Shown here one piece after another: positions 24,476 through 38,745 of a DNA stretch of 64,000 nt. Each line of letters opens with the position of its first letter. Positions within the stretch are counted from its first letter, which is position 1. The DNA is from Ophelia neglecta. Taxonomy: Eukaryota. Under the pieces are notes generated by a model. It was given only the letters and a program-made list of their open reading frames with translations, was not told the DNA's origin and did not search any database. The stretch spans positions 94,116,001-94,180,000 of the forward strand of contig OZ260661.1 in the NCBI GenBank assembly GCA_965285935.1, written 5' to 3'. A program made the position numbers and the translations under genes.

Positions 24476-25331
24476 AAAAAATGATTTACTTATTTTCTTC
24501 AAATATTTTTACTCATCACACATGTTGAGAATTCACTAAACATGATGAGAAATCTTACACATAACACATACTAGAAAGTCATATTCATTCCACAATATGA
24601 ATGTGACATAAATTTCTCACTTCCATGTGGAAAGGCTCCCATCAATTTGCAATGAATTCTAAACATGTCAGCATGCAGCAAACATCAAGTTTGGATCCAA
24701 CATTGAAGGATTCTAAATCTGTATATTATTATTTAATAAGATCCTTCCAAAGTAATTTTAAATGGTGTAAGTTTGTATTCTCACAACTACATATTTACCT
24801 GTAATAGGAATTAAAGTTTTAAGGAAATACAAATAATGAAAACACTAAACTGAAATGAGATGAATTTTTTCTCTCCTTTATAATATTAATGGTAAAAATG
24901 GTAAACACATGTTGTCTTGTTTTTTAAAGGGCCACGTTTAAAGTTTGCTTCACTATAAATAAATTCCAGGATAAAGGAGACTTTGATGGCATGGTTTTTT
25001 CCCAGCGGGGATGAACCTGTATGGGCTTCATTTTGTCATGGGTTCTTACATTTTCGTTATTTTACATGTGTTAATAGCGCATAATAATAATATTTGTTTA
25101 GATGATATATTTATTTATATAATGTCTAAATCCAGTACACAAGCGCTCATAGGTGCTGCGCATTATTGTCAAAACAATATGATAATAAGAAAATAATAAT
25201 ATCAATGGCAGGATTGTCTCTTAGCTCCCTAACCATGTACACTGTATGTGATGTTGGTCTATCAACATGATGACCACAACCTTCATTTTGCTTTGAATGA
25301 TTTCATCATATTAAACGATGCCTAATGATGG

Positions 25332-25590
25332 TTATTATTATAATTACAACAAAGCATTGTTATAGCGCCATTTCTTAGGTAAACATCTCAAAGGTGCTTC
25401 ACACAATATACAAATACTGTAAACACATTTAAAATTCAAGAATTAAAAAGTTCAATGGCGCCAAATAGAAGTTATAGAACACTGGTTAAAGCATATTCTA
25501 AAAACATATTCTAAGATAAGTTTTCAGATTTTGTTTTAGAAAAGCTCCTTAATTAGCAGGAATGTCTGTTCTGCGAGAGGGGGGGAGGGG
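25332..25590 (-). mobile_element. Decayed 3' end of an L2/CR1-group LINE
   Basis: The minus strand encodes FLKQNLKTYL, resembling the L2 ORF2 C-terminal FKxxLKTxLF motif. It is followed by an L2-type 3' end (+ strand TATAGCGCCATTTC...CTCAAAGGTGCTTCACA) and a (TAA)n-like tail. Confidence 0.6.
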
Positions 25591-28500
25591 CTTTAGACAG
25601 GATAGGATGCAAACAGCAATTAATTATCTTCTGAAAATGTCATCAATCAAGTCATAATCTTTCACTAATATAATAAACATTGAATGCACCAATGCTAGTG
25701 CAGTAAGTTTTCCAATTAAACAGATACAAACTTGCTTTTATGTACAGTATGCGCAAAACGGGTTCATGGCATATCATATCCTATCAAGGTCTCCCTGGAG
25801 GCCAGCTGAACATACAATGTCATATAACCCATGATGTACCAAACGTCGGGTACACATTTACACATTGTCAAGTTGGTAGTGAGTTTTCCACCCTGGGATG
25901 GGTGTCTCCTCTCAAACGGGGTCCAGTATTCCCATTGGCAGGAGGCATCCATCACCACCTATTTAATGATACCCGGAATTAACCCCCTCCCCCCCCCCCC
26001 CCGCCTCCTTTTTTCAAAAACCCTAGTTCGCTCATTTCTGGTATACCCGTCCGACCGACCGATGTTTTTTCTTCATTTGAAACTTTTGGTAAGCTACTGA
26101 AATAAAAATACGGTTACCTAAGCTATTCGTTTGTTTTGGCTGTACACAAGTATGTAAGTCGTAACAATAAGACTAAGAACAATTTGTTGTCCTAAGTCCC
26201 TACAAATTTGTCGCAAAACAAAGATATTCACTACAAGTCCATACTTTTTAATACGGTCGTGGATTCCCCGAGTAACAGTCCTACATTGTCCATACCCTGG
26301 CTATAGCTCCTAAAAGGAAAGGGAAAAATATGTCTTATCTATGGAATAACACATTGGAAAGGCTGCCGCCAGTAAGATGCTATTTGTAGGGTATATTATG
26401 GGTGTTTCGTGCATGAACCGCTTTTATCAACCTGCCTCTGCGACGTACACTGTATTTGCAAAGTTTTAATGAAAAGATAATCAACAAAATCCAAAGGCAT
26501 GATGTTTTTTAACAGTTTTTTTTAGTCCACATTACCCAGATTATATTGATAAGTCTTATCGTAGCCCAAAACCCACTCGGAATGGATAAAAACCGAGGCA
26601 TAGCTAAGGAATTATAAAAGCGAGTGGCACTAAGTCCCGATTTGCCGGTCTGCAATGCATTCCTGCTCCTGGGGCTCTCCAGTGAGCGATTACAGGTGAC
26701 GTAAGGATTACAGATTTAATTGGGCCTATATTGGCATATTAGCTGGATTTATTGGTCTTCACAGTCCACTGCAATGATTGGGAAACGTCATAATTTCTTT
26801 CTTCGTTCTCTTCAAGCAATTTCCATCACCTTGTTATTTTACGATTAGATGTGAGACGCTCTCTCAAGGCGTGTAGGGTTTATTTAGATTTTTATACGGT
26901 TTGTTTCGCTTTTCACACTTTGTAACACTAGGTTGATGGGCTTGTTTGAAGAACTCCTAAAATGAAACGACTTCTGACATTTCGTATCATTGGGATAGGT
27001 ATTAAATCAACACCGGTTTGTATACAGCATGACAACCAGGCTGCGTGAGAGAACAACAAATATGGACGGTAAAAAGTCGAAACCAAGTTTGCAACAAGGG
27101 GACCAAAGAGCTCTTTATTAAAAAACAAAGCCAACTATTGGTGATAGGCGACTTTTACCCCATGCATGCACCCCGCAGGTGTCATTCTCCCGCGCGCTCT
27201 CTCGGTCCCCGCTTCCGGATATCCGTCGCCCCAGGCAACCTGCCGTTTTACGGCGAACTAATTCTCTTATGCGGAGCAATTTCCGCTGGGCCCATTTCCT
27301 CAGGTTGGCGTTGCCTGACGGGCAAGAGCAGGCTCTTGTCAACACCCATAAGGGATGCCCGTTTTACTTTATCAGTTGGTGACAAGCCTGGCTTGCCCGT
27401 GGCTATTTACTAACCCTGCAGACACTAAGGGAAACACCGGAAGTTCCTCAAAAAACGCTCCGTGTACGCCAAATTTGAACACCCCCACCATATTGCTCAG
27501 AACTGTACCGTTAAACTTCTCCCGGGTCCACAATACAGGCCAATCTTGGGTTGCGTGTGTCATTGTCTACCACATGGAAATCACCGACCTGTAGTTTCGG
27601 CAATTTTCTCTGCAAGTGGCTTCTTGGCCATTTCCTTTCCTATTTCCTAGCATAGGTCCACCATTGAGAACAATTTCATATCCATTTCACACGACATGGT
27701 CGCGTCAGACGACGGAAGACACCCGAAGTGGGTAGATTAACTTCGATTAACATGCGATCTGACTATTATCGTGACCGGAAATGACGTCTTGGTTTCTGCA
27801 AGTCCACAGAAGCATTAAAAATATCCGCGACTTTTACCAGGCCTATTCTTTGAATAACAGCTTTTACAAGTCTTTCTAGTAGGCCTCATAGCATCGGACC
27901 AACATGCCTATTGTTTTGCCACACCAGTAGATATTTTTAGTGCTTTTCCCATTTGTAGAATGAAATTCAATGGGTGGGTTGGTAAAATTATTTTTACATC
28001 ATGTGCACGAATTCAATTAGCTCTTTATATGCAATTTAAATTATATAACATTTCTTATTCCACAGTCCCAAAATTGCAATTGAGGTTTCTGAAATATCAA
28101 TTAATTGTTAGGGTTGGCCTATAGCTATTATCATTTTTTTCTTTACGATCAGATTTAGCATTTCTGTCGCTATCTCCACCGAAAGATTTTATGAATAAAA
28201 GAGCACGCTACTAACAAAGAGGTGATCGACCATGCAGAGATCCATGATTCTGGGTAATAGAAGTTTCCTCACGTTTCACTCTGTTGGCACGGAACGGTTC
28301 GTCACAGAACCACAGAAGAAACCGTTTGAGCCGCAGCCTTTTGGCAAGGTTGGTCGAGATTCGGAAACTCGCTATATTTTTTGCCTTATCGAGGTTTTCA
28401 CTCACACTGCATACATTAAATTTGTTCTAAAGGGAAAATCGACAATGTTGGGTAAGTGTAGGCGTAGGCAACAAACTGAACAAGCCATCGAGGCTACAAA

Positions 28501-31500
28501 TAGTCTCTTCCGCAAAACAACGCAAGGAAGGGTATAGCAATATATGAAAAATTCTAAAAGTGAAAAGGGCAAACGACGGGATAAAAAGTTCTGCGAGTAG
28601 ACTGTGTTTAATTTTGACCAATACACCGGTGGGAGCCATGTCCGTGACTTGCGTCGCTTCTCTCAGGGTTCTCAGAATACCGGTGTCCTCGCCACCAGGC
28701 CTGACGACACTGACATTCACGACAGGGGATTACCGTGTTACAGCCCAGTTTTGATCCTACCCTTAGGCTACTGACAACATAAATGTTTGGCTGGGCATGG
28801 CTGACAACAATGGGCTCATCTTGTCATAGTTTGATCTCGCCAAGAGACGGCGAGCCTTACAGCGTGTCAAGTATAGCGTCCTGTTGGAGCACTTCCGGTT
28901 GGCGTTAGCGCCTGCTGTAGGACCTCATTAGGCGGGACTAACGAATGCCGAGTAAAGATAAAAACAAGAGAAGCGGCCAGTGCAGCAACGAGAACTATGT
29001 GTGTATAAATACAAATATATATATACAACATTTTAATATCTTTATATATATCTGTCTTGTCTAAAACTGATTTGGGCTGAGCTTTTTACATGATATTGTA
29101 ACGTTACTATTACGTACATAGTTTCTCCTGGAATACATGTATCCGTTTAATTTCCGCCTTTCCGCCTTTGCCTATCCCTACACTGCCATCTTTGGCAAGT
29201 GTTGGTTTGTAGTAATTAGACTTCTACCAGATATATGGAATCCGATAGGCTTATGATAGAGCTTTTCATCGTTTAGATGTGCTTATCTGTCTTTACTTTT
29301 ATAGTATTAAGCTATACCACTGAACATCCCTCCTACACAGAACCGATGGATCGGCCAAGACTCAACAACATGTTTGTTCATGTATACTTCTCCCAGACCA
29401 ATAAGTATAGATGGTGTATAAATAGGAACCGTGCATCATTACTAACTATTAAAACTGTTTTGATGCATTTCCTTTTTTGAGTGCTCCTGTCGATAGGTAC
29501 GTGCAACGCTGGTTTTATACACTTTAAAGTCTACCGATGGTAGATTTTGGGATACTCCTTGTTTCAGCCTTCTTTTTCAAAAGAAGAATTAAAAGACAAT
29601 CCTGATGGTCAAAAGATATATGCTTCAGAATCCAGATTGGGACTGTTATCTGATATGTGCAAATATTGGTAAAATGTCAAATGTTCATTGCTGTCTTCAA
29701 AAAAATGTGCCAGGTTAATTCTACATGAGGTACAGTTTAATAAATAAATTCATTGTTACAGGGACTGCTTGAAAAAAGGGATCATTCTTTGAGAGGGTTT
29801 CACACAGTAGCCCAAGACTATGTTCAAGAGTGGTAGGCCTATTGTTTGAAAAAACAATGAATCAACGTAGATCTATATGACACTTGTCCAAACGTTGCAC
29901 CAATCTGCAACCAACAATGTTCAAAGTCATCTTTTTTTGCAAAGATGTGTATTTTAAAGCAAGAGCGTGTTCGCATAGGCTGATAATATTGTTGGTCTTA
30001 CCATGACTAACCTTCGAGCTGACTTCGAGCTTTAGATGAGCGTTTTCACTCTCGGCTTTTAGCAGCCCAGTAAGGTGCGCTCTAATTTTGGCGTGCAAAG
30101 TCAAAGGCCATCAGAAGAGGTAAATTCAGGGCGGTTTACAACCATATCTAAACGTCGATACTTACCAATATGAACGGGTTGTTTGTAAAGCTACCAGTGC
30201 ATTTAGTAAACTTGGACTGACTTCCTGTCGTCGCGCAAAGCAGACTTACCAAGTTCGGCACGGCTTCGGTCATTTTAGATTCTGCTAGCTGTGAGACGAT
30301 GTGAAAATAGCCCTCAGCCTTATGGCGCGTTAAGCCAAAGTAGGTTACCTTAATTTAGTTAAGCTTGAATCGTCCCAAAGCTGTTATTGTGCGTGTAAAC
30401 AACTTTCATATTCCAGCCTTTTGAACAGAGCCTATGCTAGGAGGTATAGGACGATCCCCCCCCCCCCCTCCACTGTTCAGAGAGGTTGAAGCGGATGCCA
30501 TTGACCTAATACCTTATACCCATCACATATGCATTAAAAAAACACATTTTGCAGCTGTGAAGTGTGACGATCAGTTAGTATTGATTTATATCAGGCTCGT
30601 CTGCTCCGAGGTAAAGTTTATTTACCATTTACCACCTATAACATACAGACTCAGTCCTCAGTGAAGTGCCTCATTTCCTGTTTTGTTTCGTATTGCGTAA
30701 ATTCCTCCTTACAGACTTCATTCGGACAGCTACTTCCATTTGGGCGGAACACCTCACTTGACTTCCCGCGAAACATGTCGGTTAATTAAAATAACAAGAC
30801 AGGTTTGAAATGGCTTAGATGGATGGATTGAGAGGTTTCCCCATAATTGATACACTCCATTGAAAACAAAATTAACGATAACGAGTCCGACAAAAAAACT
30901 AGCTCGAGTACTAAACTACTTCGATACTCGTTTCCAAATGGCAGACGTTAGTTGTGCATATCAGATTCAAATTGATTCGGGATGTAACTTTTTATATTAA
31001 ACTTCTCCCTTTTAATTTTGTATCATAAATCAAATGATCGTCCAATAGCCTTTTGCTTTATTGGCTTAACTTAACAATGACAGGAATATGACCCGAATTT
31101 CTATTGGGTGAATGCTTAAAAATTCGATGACGTTTGCCCTACAAAGGCCGACCATGTGACCACCTGTGAAATCGAGGGGCGCTTTCTGGTGCTTCACCTG
31201 CCTGGGCCATGGTTAAACATATCCACCCGAACACGACATGGTCGCGACCCGCAGGTTCGACCAAAGGAACCTGGTCCCGAGGTTGGTCGCAACCGACCAA
31301 TCTGTGACGTCATTTGATACAAAATAGGGGATACAAACCGGGGATACAAACAGCAAATAACAAAATAATAAAACTCAGCATATATATGCATCTACTAGGC
31401 CTAATCTAGAAAAGCTACCAGAAATTAACGAAATGCTTTAATTGAACTTGCCATGAATTATCAAGATGATCTTTTTAGCAACACAGCAAATTGAATGAAT

Positions 31501-33818
31501 CATCACAGTCGGTTCGTTTTTGATCAACCAATATAGCAATTTTGCGTGTTCGGGTGGTGGAAGGGTACGCATGCGCGTTGAGGTGACCATAGTCAGGACC
31601 AAAGTTACATTTAGAAGTGCCCTAGCACGTCACACATATGGAACGCTCTCAGGTTGTTTTGGCATCTTTTTGCACTTCTAATATGGGCGCAATCGTGTTC
31701 GGTAATTCGAGTTCGAATAAGGCTTCTGCTTACATTTTATAAATCCTACTTTAATACGATAGTTTTACAACTTGTGCGACTGCCCATGAAGCGGCATGTA
31801 TAGAAAGTGACCAAGTTATCGTCGGGAGTAAGCACCAGTTGACCTATAGCGGAATGGCCATATAGTGCTGAAGTATTTGTATATTGAGCTCGAGAAAAAG
31901 CAAGGTCTCTGAGATAAATGTGGAGGAGTTTCCATGGATATATCATTGAAAAATAATCCTGCATTTGAGGTCCGTGCTGAGTGGCTTGGTAATTATGTTT
32001 GTAGATCTATTCATGGTGATCAGTTTTTTTGTCTCCCGATGCCTGTCTTTAAGGAACTACGTACTCCGTCATCAGTGATGGCGCGTCACTGTAGAATGTA
32101 GTACAAACGTCATCGACCGCTCAGCCAATCACGCGGTAGATAACCCGGGCAACTTAGCTGTTCCCACCAGTCCAATACCAACAGAAACAGTGACATCAGC
32201 ATTTTGATTAAGGAAACTGGCCTAAAAATTTACCTCTATAAAATGTTGGAAGCTGGTATAATATCATAGATATAAATGTACGCCATACACACGTGCAGTA
32301 TAGTGGAATTTCATGTCCATAGGCCCAAAGTGTGGCACTGAAAGTTCAAGGCACATTGACATATATATTTTCAGCTTCACACAATAATATTAGAACGCCT
32401 TATTTAACATAATATATTTGATATATCTATTCATAGTTAAGTGGAAATCACATTAAACAGAAGTCCCATCTGAACAGCTGAAGACTAGATGGGTGTTAAC
32501 TTACAAGTGTACTAGAGATATAAAACTAACATAGACCTAAGCCTTGATTTAGGCGCCTAAATTATAAAATAGTAGAAACTGGTTTAACATTGTCAATATG
32601 ATAACAAATACAGATATTACACGTTTATGGACAGTATTAAACGTATTCAAGAAAAGGTAATGCCAAAAATCGATATACGCTGGAAAAGTAGTTGTGGAAA
32701 TAATAGACATGTAATCATGGTTCTGTGTGTGTAGCCTTTGTAGCATGTCCCACCTTGTAACCAGGCCAAAACGTGCCGGATTTTGGCACCCTGTATCCTG
32801 ATTAATCCCTGCTTAATAATGATAAAAAACTACACCTTTGACATTTCCGTGACTGGCACTATTTCTGTGTTTGATCTAGGTGCGTGGTCCCCCGACGTCG
32901 GCCGTTTGGTTCTGCACACAGAGGAAAGCCATCTCCTGGCGGTATGAGGGGATTGCGTGCAGGACGGTGTGTGGGGGGTCGGGGTAGGATCAGGGTTGGG
33001 GTTGAGGTGGGGAGTCGGGAATTGTAGTTCAGGACGCAAGCAGAGTGAGAGGGTGGTCTTCATACCTATAGAGAAAGACTGAGGTGACATTTTCAGCACC
33101 GCAGGCGAATTAAACCTTCTGTATTTTGCTTAATTTGCATCAGTTAAACATACATTTAAAGGCCTAGCCCTTATGATGATCTAACCGATGATACTATGTA
33201 TCTGTATTTTGTGTGTATATATATTGGCTGAAGTATGTACTGGGACATATTTCAAGAAAATCAAATAATAGAGAATGAATAATGAGGGGGGGGGGGGGGA
33301 GAGAAGCTGGTGCCAGAAAGTAAAAAGAAATGTTTTCCTTTTTAAAGGACAGTTTGATCAAGTATATGTTGAACCTTCTTTTTACTATACGCGCGTAGAA
33401 TGCCAAACGGATTATTTTCGTACGGGTTAATGCACGTGTTCATAATGGAGGAGATTATTTGACAAAGTCGTAAGACCAATTTTTCTATTTAAACTATTAG
33501 AATTCATTTGAAATTATTTAAAATATTGATGCTCAAAGTTGGAAAGGTCGAAATATGGCATTTAAGTCTGTCTCCATACCGGCGTTTAGGATGGAAAGGA
33601 AAAAAAACAGGAAACTACTCACAAATTGTGCTGATATGTGTGACATAAATTGTTTCTCTGGAAAGTGAAATACATTTCAAGTCAGGTTCAAGTGTGTTAA
33701 GTAAAAATGAGTGTACAGTTTTGAGTATAGTTATTTAGTCGCCGAGTTCTTTGAGGAGTTGACGAGAACCTTTTTTAATTAATGCACCGAATACTCAATT
33801 GTTTTTGTGATATGTACG

Positions 33819-33858
33819 TACACACACATATATACATATATACATATATATATATATA
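33819..33858. repeat. (CA)n/(TA)n/(CATATA)n microsatellite
   Basis: Directly visible. Confidence 0.85.
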
Positions 33859-36800
33859 CCTCATGGAACATAGGCCACTGAACTATAGCACTTAGGCTTT
33901 TAGCCTTAACTATGTAGCAGACGGCGAACAAAAGTGACAAAAATAATGCAACTGAAATAAGTGCGAGTATAGCTGTCCTGTTTTATTTCTTCTTAACATT
34001 CTAGACAGATATATACCTCATTTCACTCACTTCAACAGTTACTCTTTGCCAAACCTGTCGAATGCTGCATCTTTAAAACAGTTCCTACATCCGACGATTC
34101 TCCCTTTTAATGCTTATTTTGTCTACTAATGAACTTTCAAATTTATTTTGGTGGTGTTAGGTCACTTGTGCGATAGCTGATTTGGAAGTCATCTTAAACT
34201 CCTTGAGAGTTGAGGCAAGAAATACTTAAAACTATAAATACGAGCCGCCTAAGTCTTATTTACTAAAGTTTGAGGAGGAAACATTCACAGATTATACCAC
34301 GTGGTGTCCATTAGAAGTAAAGAGGAAACATGCAGGGTCGGCCCTGAATTAGCGGGCTTGCATTCATTACTGTATTGGCCAATTTCTGGGAATGAGTCAG
34401 ATAGAGCCATAAAAATCCCGAAGCTTTCAACTGCTCTTTGGGGAAATATTAAGCGTTTAAATTATTGCGCGCTTACCATTAGAAATATACATTTTTATTG
34501 CACAGTAAACGTTGTATTGTATAGAGTACACGCGCACGCCTTGTTAATGCTGGAAAGTGTTATCGAAGGAGAAGCAACATTGAATATGCAGACTTGCGAG
34601 GTGTAATATTTTACACAATCGATCGAAATAAACGGACTGCGGCTAAAATTCAGAGCTCGTCTCTTCATATTACTGCACCATTACAGTAACTAAATACGTC
34701 GTTATTGCTCTTGACTTTGAGACAAACACACCCAGGGAATCTTCTATGATTAAACCAAAACTTTCTGGAAGACAGTTTCCACGTCACAACTAGCCTATTA
34801 CTTTTAGTTGTTTTCTCTCAGACAACGAATGTAGTTGTTTCAAGGCCGCCCACAGTAAATGGTACATGAACGAAGCATTAAGAATCGGGTATAAGGCACC
34901 AATAAACAACACATACTTACCTCTTTCTATTCCCGATTATATCTAAATAAATTAGAATGTTTTAAGCGAGCGGCAGGTCTGTTAAGGAGTCATATCCTTG
35001 TATTATATATACATACATGTATAGCCTATGGAAATACACTTACAACCACGGAATGCCTGCTTCAGAAGTATAAGACATCAAAAGATGTTAAAGAAATGAA
35101 GCATATTCAAGTTTCTAGTTTCAGCATAACGAGCTATTCTAGTTAACAACGATACTATTGTCAATTGTTTGTATGGTTATTTCGGTATCTTTAATTTTGC
35201 TTCGTGTTTCATTAATTAAAAATCACGATAACTGTTCTGTTAAAAGCTGCCAGTTTCGCCCCGTTGAATTCAAACTATTTTGGCACCAGCTTTACACACA
35301 CACAAGTTATAATATCTCCTTATCTTGACTTTCGTGATGACATGCTGACTCAATTTAAGTCATTTGTCTGTGTCTCTCTCCAACATAATACATATATATG
35401 TGTGTAACCTTGAAATGAACGGCGCCAAAACTCGCCGAGGTAAAAAAAAATAACAATTATGTATCTCCTGACAAGGCCGAGAGAGATTGTATTACTATAT
35501 GAAGAGAGATATAAACACATCAATTACTGCTTAACTTTAAAATTAATGTTCTTTCTGCGGGATGCTCCAATTTTGAAATCATTCATATTCTTTGCTTTGA
35601 GTTATAACTATATATTTTTGGGCCTTCTTTATGTATAAATATATAAAGATTAAACCGTGCTTGTCAGACATACCTTGAATGCTCTTTGTTGTAATTTAAA
35701 CGTGCCCATTCCTCGTGAAATCGCTTGATCTTTGGTGAGGAATTATTACAATTTTGATCACTTAAATGAAGACAGTGGATACCATGTAGATAGGAGCAAA
35801 AGCGGGCTGGTACCGTTCAAAGTCGTTGTTTGGAAACTTTAAAAAATGCTATAACAGGCTGATACTGAGCAGGACGGAACTTTAAAAGGAGGACCCTATA
35901 TCAGCAGCCTCGACTGGCGTTCACAAAATAATATTATTTTTTAATCAGATGCAGAATAGCTAATAGAAAAGAGCTGGTCAAGTTTAAATGGAGACTGCTC
36001 ACCAGACGATCACTGTGAGCTACGAGGCCAGTCTCGCAGATGGCTAGTCAGACACCTTACTAACAACTCCCTATTTATATTTGATATACGGTCACCCGCC
36101 ATCTTCAATATAGACAAATTATATTTTCAATTCATCACAAAATGGCTGTGAATTCACGATACAAGATATATGAGTAGCATTAAAATTAATCAGAGCGGTG
36201 GTTTTCCTAGTAATCCACCACCTGTGTGGCACTAGAGAAGCTGTACCCGCCAACCGGTCATGTTTTGGCCCCTGCTATTTATTGGTGATTATAGTTTCAT
36301 GAGCTTTACTCTGGCGTATTATTACAGGGTATTAAGCATATGTTAGACCTCGATGATAACTTTGTGAATTGGCGCACACGCAATTCGGTTTCCGCTAGCG
36401 TGTAGAGCTTCCTTTGTGCTTTATTAGTCTCTGAAAGGTATTAATGGTTGAAGTACTCCCCAATAATTACACACTGTCCCGCACACACCGTTGTTCTCTA
36501 AAACAAGACTATAGACATTAGGAAAGCCGAACATCACCGCATTATCGCTATTTCTCGGTTGATCACGGGGACACACGATCCACGATCAAATATATTACTT
36601 CCGATGCATTATTACGACATCATAATTGCCCTGTTCAGGAAATGTTTTTCATTTTTACAATTCCTGCATATTTCTGTGGTAAGAATCACTAATTTTCTAC
36701 AGACCATTTATTGGATACGCTACAAAAATAGTTAGAGCCTCACGACATGATTGTACAGGACTACAGTGTTCCTGTTGACTAAAAACCGGCAGGATACGTT

Positions 36801-38562
36801 TATTTATTTAAAGTTAAGTTAAATTTGCAAACATTGTATACAGGTATTAAAATATTACTGTGGCGGTTGCACTTTGCCGTGTCGAACTATAGAGGAGTGT
36901 TCCTTGCACACTTTATTTGCTTCTTTTTAACCTCATCAAAAAACCTGCCATGGTAGGCATAACTATAGGTCTAAATATATATGTTCTAAGTAACGCATTT
37001 TTAGGAGATATAATATTATTGAACATGAACATTTTTGTGATGTATTTAATTATCCATGCAAATCAAAGGGTCTTCTTCCTTTTTGCCCACAACAGAAAAA
37101 TGGACTTTGTAGCAGAACTACTTTTCTGGGTGCAAACTAGCTCTATTCATGGTAAAAATTAATAAATTAAAATCAATGTACGAAAAAGGGCTTTGTAAAA
37201 TCATAAAAATAAAAAGACAAAATGACTTTGGGTAAGATATATTAATTCAACTCTTTCAGATATTCAGAGTTGAAAGAGCTGAAAGAGTTAATCATTAGGC
37301 TAATAAAATTATAATGCCTGCTCTGTTATGTTGTGTTATATTAAATTGTTTCATTGAACTATTCCCCTTTGACTTAACGTACTGGATATGTATTAAAATG
37401 TGTTTCATTAAATGCATTGGAGTAAAAATAAAATCTGAAAAAAACTTTTCAAGCAAATGAAACAGGTTTCAGCAAGAGACAGCATCACGGAACCACTTTC
37501 AGCGTATCCACACAGGCCTACTCCATCGTGTTAGTCAGACAAACTGTCTGACTGATTATCAGCTTAAGTTGGAAACGGCCTAAAGCGGTCCATCGATATA
37601 CCTATACTCGCAAAACATAATTATGCTTATTTAGTTAATAACTGACTTTTCGTCTAGGCCTAATATATGACCTTCGGTATATGCCTGTTGTCTTAAATGT
37701 GTACAATCATCAATAATAATTATCGTTAATAATGGGCCTAGTAGACGTGTTAAATAATAAAGGCAAAAACGTGCAAAAGACATTTTTTTACATTCAAACT
37801 CTAAAATATTAGCCAATGCTATATCGTATGAAAGAAAACAGCGGACATGAATTGGAAGCCGAACAGAAAAACACACCCAATGACAGCAATGTTCGAACTT
37901 TTGGCGGGGGCGACCAGGCGCATTAAAGATGAAATACGCTTCAGAATAGGGCGATAGGGACGTGATAAAAGATGAACTGTCCCGAAATCAGGAGGCCCGA
38001 AATTTACGGTCCCCGTATCGACGGGTTATGAGAGCCAGGGCGTAGGGGAGGCCAGTTACGACCAAAAGCTTCTTTTTTTCTTCTCTCGGAATTTAACCCA
38101 CGAGCGGTGGCAAGGCGGCGAGGATGATGAATATTCTCCAGAGTATAACTCGTGCATTGTCACACAAAATATTGTCTGTTTCAAAGCAGTAGGCAGACGT
38201 GAGCCGGTTTCGGCTAGTCGACAGAGGATTTATACCTTGAAAATCACGATAACGTGCCTGAGAGCCGTGTCCTAACTCCCGCAATATCGCAGCGACAAAA
38301 GGCGGGGTTACCAGGTTCAACCCAATCCCTGTCGCAGTGCAATGTGCTCCGAAAAACACAAACATAAAGAAAAGGCAAAAGATACGTCCCTAAACTATCC
38401 TCATTACATTTACCTATAAGTTAATCAGAATGAAATGTCCGCAAAAAAATAGATAGGCCTAAAGAAAACGCAAACATTTCAGTCCTGCAAATATAGAACG
38501 TGTGACTGAAGGCCTATAGGCCTAAATATAGGCCTAAGTCTATAACCTTGGTCCATATATCT

Positions 38563-38745
38563 AAAGGTAAAGGTAATTAAAGGTAGATTTATAGGTCTTT
38601 TTCCAGTCTAGACCTGCTCACACCACATTACCTCGTGCATATGGTTTGTAAGTTGTTCGCCTTGGCAACAGCGCAATGACCCGGCCACGAAGAGACCCCG
38701 GGACCTTTCGACCCGACCGGAGAACGATCTCCATAACCCCTTAAT
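38563..38745 (-). mobile_element. Degenerate, internally deleted tRNA-derived SINE
   Basis: An (AAAGGT)n-like tail at 38563-38584 reads (ACCTTT)n on the minus strand. A reversed tRNA-like head (CAATGACCCGGCC...CCCGGGACCTTTCGA...TAACC) resembles SINE heads. A and B boxes are decayed. Confidence 0.5.
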
